Assembly: GCA_965178125.1 (NCBI GenBank)
Contig: OZ237766.1
Span: 62,001-126,000, forward strand
DNA length: 64,000 nt
Source: Bilabrum cf. latius
Lineage: Eukaryota
Direction of reading: 5' to 3'
Of this stretch, positions 59,779 to 64,000 are shown in pieces; within the stretch, counting starts at the first letter, position 1, and each line of letters starts with the position of its first letter. The notes under the pieces are model-generated. The model made no database searches and was not told the DNA's origin. It saw only the letters and a program-made list of their open reading frames with translations. Position numbers and translations under genes: made by a program.

Positions 59779-62666
59779 ATGGAAGATAAAACAATAATTT
59801 AGGACTCTTTGGCATTTACGTAGTAGCTCTAGTCTAGCATTACGAAGGAAAACCGGCATGGCATTCGCATGGGTGGCTTTGACTTTGAGCCGAACGAGAC
59901 CATGTTCCATGCTCTTTGGTAGCACATGGGAGAGCAAAGGAACAGGGTTCTGGAAACTCCCACCGAAGAGTTGTAGGAGGTTGTACCTCTCGAGATGCCA
60001 GAACCGTGAGATCATGGCTTGCATGCTTGCAGGTAATTTCTGTCATTCTGCCTAATCATTTAGATTTGTCTTGTCTTAGTTCACACTACGTCGCAGGATT
60101 CGTTATGTTGTGTTGCCTGTACGATCGAGAGGTATATTTATTCCCGCTAGCAGCCCGGCTGGAGCGGCTTGGAAGGAATACGCCGCCGCCGCTGGTTCTG
60201 GCAAGCGGTCGACCGATGCGTTCTCTGCCGCTGCCAAAGCGTCCGCCGAGCTGCTTGACGAGGGCGACTCGATTCCCAGTATAGCCTCTCATGCGAGTGC
60301 CATCGCCATGCCGGTGTATGGGCAGCAAGCCGGCGCCGCAAGCGGGGCGGGCGATGGCGACGGCGACGGCGGTGGCGACGGCGGTGGGGACGGGGACGGG
60401 GACGGGGACGGCGGGCGCAAGCTGCTGGGCATGCTTTGGGGCGATATGTGCTTGTCGATGGCCGGTATGATGGAGGAGCATGGCTTGTAGATAGTACAGA
60501 GGCGGGAGGAGGAGGAGGAGGGTGAGCACGAGCGGCATGCGCACGACAATGGAGAGACGGAAGAGGCCTAGCTGTTGCTGAGCTTCTCGCACGCTGGTCC
60601 TGTCGATGGACAGGGTGCAGGGAACGAGAGCGCAGGTGCAGGCGCGTCGGAGGGCAAGGAGGCGGATGATGCAGGGCAGGCGCGTCTGGTGGGCTTAGAA
60701 TTCGTCGACAGAGAAGGTGCAGTGGTGGCGATGGTGCACCGGGACGGCCGACTTGAAGCGGTGGGCATGGGGGCCGATGGGGCCGAGGGGCAGGAGAGCA
60801 AGGGAGGGGAGGGAACGTTCTGGCAGTACGCTAAGGTGGAGTTGAAGGCGGAATCAGTGGAGGTGGAGGGTGGAGGCAGCGTGCAGAAATGGACCGTAAA
60901 GCTGCTGCTGCCCCTGGCTTGCCTTCGAGGGGCAGAGGCAGGGCATGGGCTCGGGGGCCTGACCGCTTGTTCCCTGGTGACGATGGGCGCTGTTGGGGAA
61001 CAGGGGGCGGTGGAGGTGCGCACGGCGGCTCTGGATCTGTTCGAGCCGGTGCAGGCTGTGCTAGCGAACCGCACTGAGGTGGACTAGCCGGAGTCTCCCG
61101 AGGGACTAGAGTAGGATCGGGAGCGGGCGGGTGGTGCGTTCGGTGGTTTGGAAGGAAGTGGAGCTGGAGAGGGAGACGATGAGGGCGTGCCTGACGGTGC
61201 TCGTGGGTCTGGCGCAGCACTGGATGATGGAGCCGTCGGGGAAGTAGGAGGCGAGGCCGATGCGCTTGGTATCCTGGTGGACCAAGATGACGGCATGGAC
61301 GAAGATGAGGAGGAGCAGGAGGACCGGGCCGCCGCAGCGCAGGCCGCCATGGACGCAGAGGTGAGGCGGGCGGAGGATGCCCGAGCCAGGGCACTGGAGG
61401 CGCAGGCCAGTCGGGAGGAGGAGCTCAGGGAACAAGCGGAGGGGCTCCGGGCCGAGCTTGAATTCGAGCGGGCGCGGGCGCAGGAGCTGGCGACCGCAAA
61501 CGACGCCTTTCACCGCAAGCTGAGCGCCTTTTTCGCGGAGAGGCAGAAGTCGGACTAGGGCGGGGGGGGGGGGGGGCCGGGGGGGGTCGGCGGGGGGTGG
61601 GCCTAGGGCGGCCAGCGGGGCCGGTGCTAGCAGCGGGGCGGGCGCCGGCATTTCGAACGCGGAGAGGGAGCGAAGGTACAAGGAGAGGGTGGACGAGCTG
61701 CGGGAGGTGCTCCGAGGTGCCGAGACCCTGCGTGGGTCGCATCAGGACAGGCTGCATGGCATCAACTTGGAGAAAGCCAGGAAGGAGGGTGCACTGGCAG
61801 AGGTGGAGAACAGGTTCGCGGACACGAAGAAGGAGGCGATGAGGAGGTCCAAGGCGCTGAGGACGGGCAAGGGCGTGAGCAGGGCGGAGGAGAGGAAGCT
61901 CCTCGAGGAGGAGGCGGAGGAGGTCAAGAACCTCTCCGGTTCGAGGGTGCTGCACATCCTGACCCGCATGCAGGTGGAGGCCCTGCAGGCGAAACTGGCG
62001 ACCAAGGAGACCGTGGGCGGCGGGCTGGCGCTCATTGATTTCGAGCAGCTCAGGATCGAGAACGCCACGGCGCACGAGAAGATCGAAGACAGGCAGGACG
62101 AGCTGAGGCGGCTGAGGGCCAAGACAACCGCCACTGTGCAGGTGCTGACCCACGTGAAAGAGAAGCTACAGTTCGTGCAGAGAGAGACAACCAAGTACAA
62201 GGAGGAAGCGAGGAAAGCGGAGCTGGCCGTGGGCGAGCAGAGGGCGCGGCTGGCGCGCGGCAAGCGGGTCCGTGAGCGGTCCAAGGCCGACAACGAGAAG
62301 CGAGCCATCGCCAGAGGTTTCGCACACGAGGATGCGCTGGCAGTTGATTTCGAAAAGAGGCGCGTGAAGGGCCTCGAGCTGAGCCGGGAGGTGGAGAGCA
62401 TGAAGGGGAGGTATGAGCAGCTGCGGCTGCAGGCGAGGCGAGCCAATGCAGAGGCCGAGACCGTGGTTAGAACGGCCCAGGCAGGGCTTATGGCGCTGCC
62501 TGGGCTGGATAATGACATGTCCATGTCCATGGGAGGTGGAGGCAACTCCATGGTGGGTGGCATGGCGGAAGCGAGCCTCGCTGGCTCGCTGACTTCGACC
62601 GGTGGAGGCAGGCGACCAGGGGGCTCTTCGCTCGCCCGCGCCGGGTCTAGAGCGCTCGCGCATTAA
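59779..62666 (+). CDS. CCDC96: Cilia/flagella-associated coiled-coil protein CCDC96 (DUF4201) with a long N-terminal extension; apparent frameshift in a G-run
   Basis: GLALIDFEQLRIENATAHEKIEDRQDELRRLRAKTTATVQVLTHVKEKLQF matches the DUF4201 signature. Predicted exon 1 59779-60005 and intron 60006-60096. About 11 TAGs. The frame changes within the poly-G tract 61559-61586. TAA stop. Confidence 0.75.
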
Positions 62667-62889
62667 AGACGACTCTTTGTAGGCTTGCGCTTACAGCTAT
62701 GGCTGGATCAGGGTCCAGTAGTGCAAGTGCTTGTCTATCGGAATTGCGATCCGCTACCCATCAGAGCTCGACTGGTAGTCTAGAGCATATGGCATTTCAC
62801 ATAATCCGGATAAAGTGCACCAAAACTGCCCAGAATGTAGAGTCTGAACGCGCTCCTCGCCAAAGTATTCTATCGCAAAAAACGTACAA

Positions 62890-63783
62890 TCACTCGCCGA
62901 CCTTTGTCTCCTTGCCCTCGGCTCCCTTGGCCCACTCGAAGTGGAAGCTCCCCTCATCGTCCTTGCGGCGGTAGGAATGCGCACCGAAGAAATCCCGCTG
63001 CGCCTGCGTGAGCGAGGCCGGCAGAGACTGGCGGCGGTACGCGTCGAAGTACATGAGCGACGCGGCAAAGGCGGGCGCAGGCAGCCCGCAGCCCGCGCAC
63101 AGGGTCACGACCCTCCTCCAGGCAGTCTGCCTCTCCACCACCTCCTTGGCGAACTCGGCGTCCACGAGAAGGTTCGCTAGGTCGGGGTTTCTGTCGTACG
63201 CCGCCTTGATGCGGTCCAGGAAAACGGCCCTGATGATGCACCCTCCCTTCCAGATGCGGGCGCACTCCCCCAGCTGCACGGACCACTTGTTGGCCTTGGC
63301 CGCCGACTTGATGATGTTCATGCCCTGTGCGTAGGAGCAGATCTTGGCGGCGTACAGAGCCGACCTCACGTCCTCGACCAGCTGCTTCTTGTCCACGGCG
63401 GGCATGTCCACGGGCCCGGTCAGGAGCTTGCTCGCCTCCTCCCTCTCCTCCTTCACACCGGAGATGTACCGCGCGTCCAGGGCAGCCGTGATCGTGCTCG
63501 CTGCCACGGACTGCTCCGCTGCCTCCTGCACGGTCCACCTGCCCGTGCCCTTCATGCCGGTCTTGTCCAGCACCTTGTCGACCAGGTGGCCGGTGGAGGA
63601 GGAGGCACCTGCCGCCCCCCCCTCTGCGGCCCCCCGGGGATCCTTGCATCTGAAGATCTGCGCGGTGATCTCGATCAAAAAGCTCTCCAGCTCCCCCTTG
63701 TTCCACTCTTCAAACACCTCCGCGATCTCGTCGTTGGACAGCCCCCCCACCGTCCTGAGCACATCGTACGCTTCCGCGATCAG

Positions 63784-63819
<36 letters not shown>

Positions 63820-64000
63820 CTTCACGTAGTTGCCCGCGCCGAGCTCACCCACCCATGTCACGCACGGCCCGTCATCCACCTGCGCGGCGATCTTGGTCAG
63901 GATAGGCTCCAGGGCGTCGTACGCCTCCCTGGGCCCGCCAGGCATCAGGGAGGGTCCGTACCTTGCCCCGTCCTCGCCCCCGGACACGCCCATGCCCACG
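62890..64000 (-). CDS. gnd: 6-phosphogluconate dehydrogenase, decarboxylating (5'-partial)
   Basis: GVSGGEDGARYGPSLMPGG, YVKMVHNGIEYGDMQLIAE, KGTGRWT, WKGGCIIRA and QAQRDFFGAH. No TAG codons; TGA stop. Confidence 0.97.

Noticed and set aside
2-62666. Mass pseudogenisation as the explanation for internal stops
   Set aside because: The interruptions are exclusively TAG. Catalytic motifs, splice sites and termini are intact, and essential genes such as APC2 are affected. Decay would also give TAA/TGA and frameshifts.

Overview
This is gene-dense, GC-rich nuclear DNA of a eukaryotic microbe, not a prokaryote. It has GT-AG spliceosomal introns, APC2, RRP41, a MAP2K, ABCF3, a flagellar CCDC96 homologue and a Pol III tRNA gene. 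I count about 21 protein genes and 1 tRNA gene. The main result is a non-standard nuclear genetic code. UAG is read as an amino acid, most likely Gln, while UAA and UGA remain stops. About 17 of the 21 genes contain in-frame TAG codons (more than 80 by manual count), several inside or between conserved domains. The fragmented ORFs in the supplied track join into single-frame genes ending in TGA or TAA. A second signal is a dispersed 10-13 bp motif, (GGT)GTGACGAGTG, with about 32 exact 10-mer copies on both strands and in different reading frames inside coding DNA. A companion motif, GGTGCATCGCA(TGGTGGTGCA), also recurs. Other points of note are a tRNA-Ile with an unusual GAU anticodon, a hidden ~3,700-aa ORF, a greatly expanded APC2 and a TIR-like protein. 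All calls come from reading the sequence by eye; no database searches were run, and several 5' ends are uncertain.
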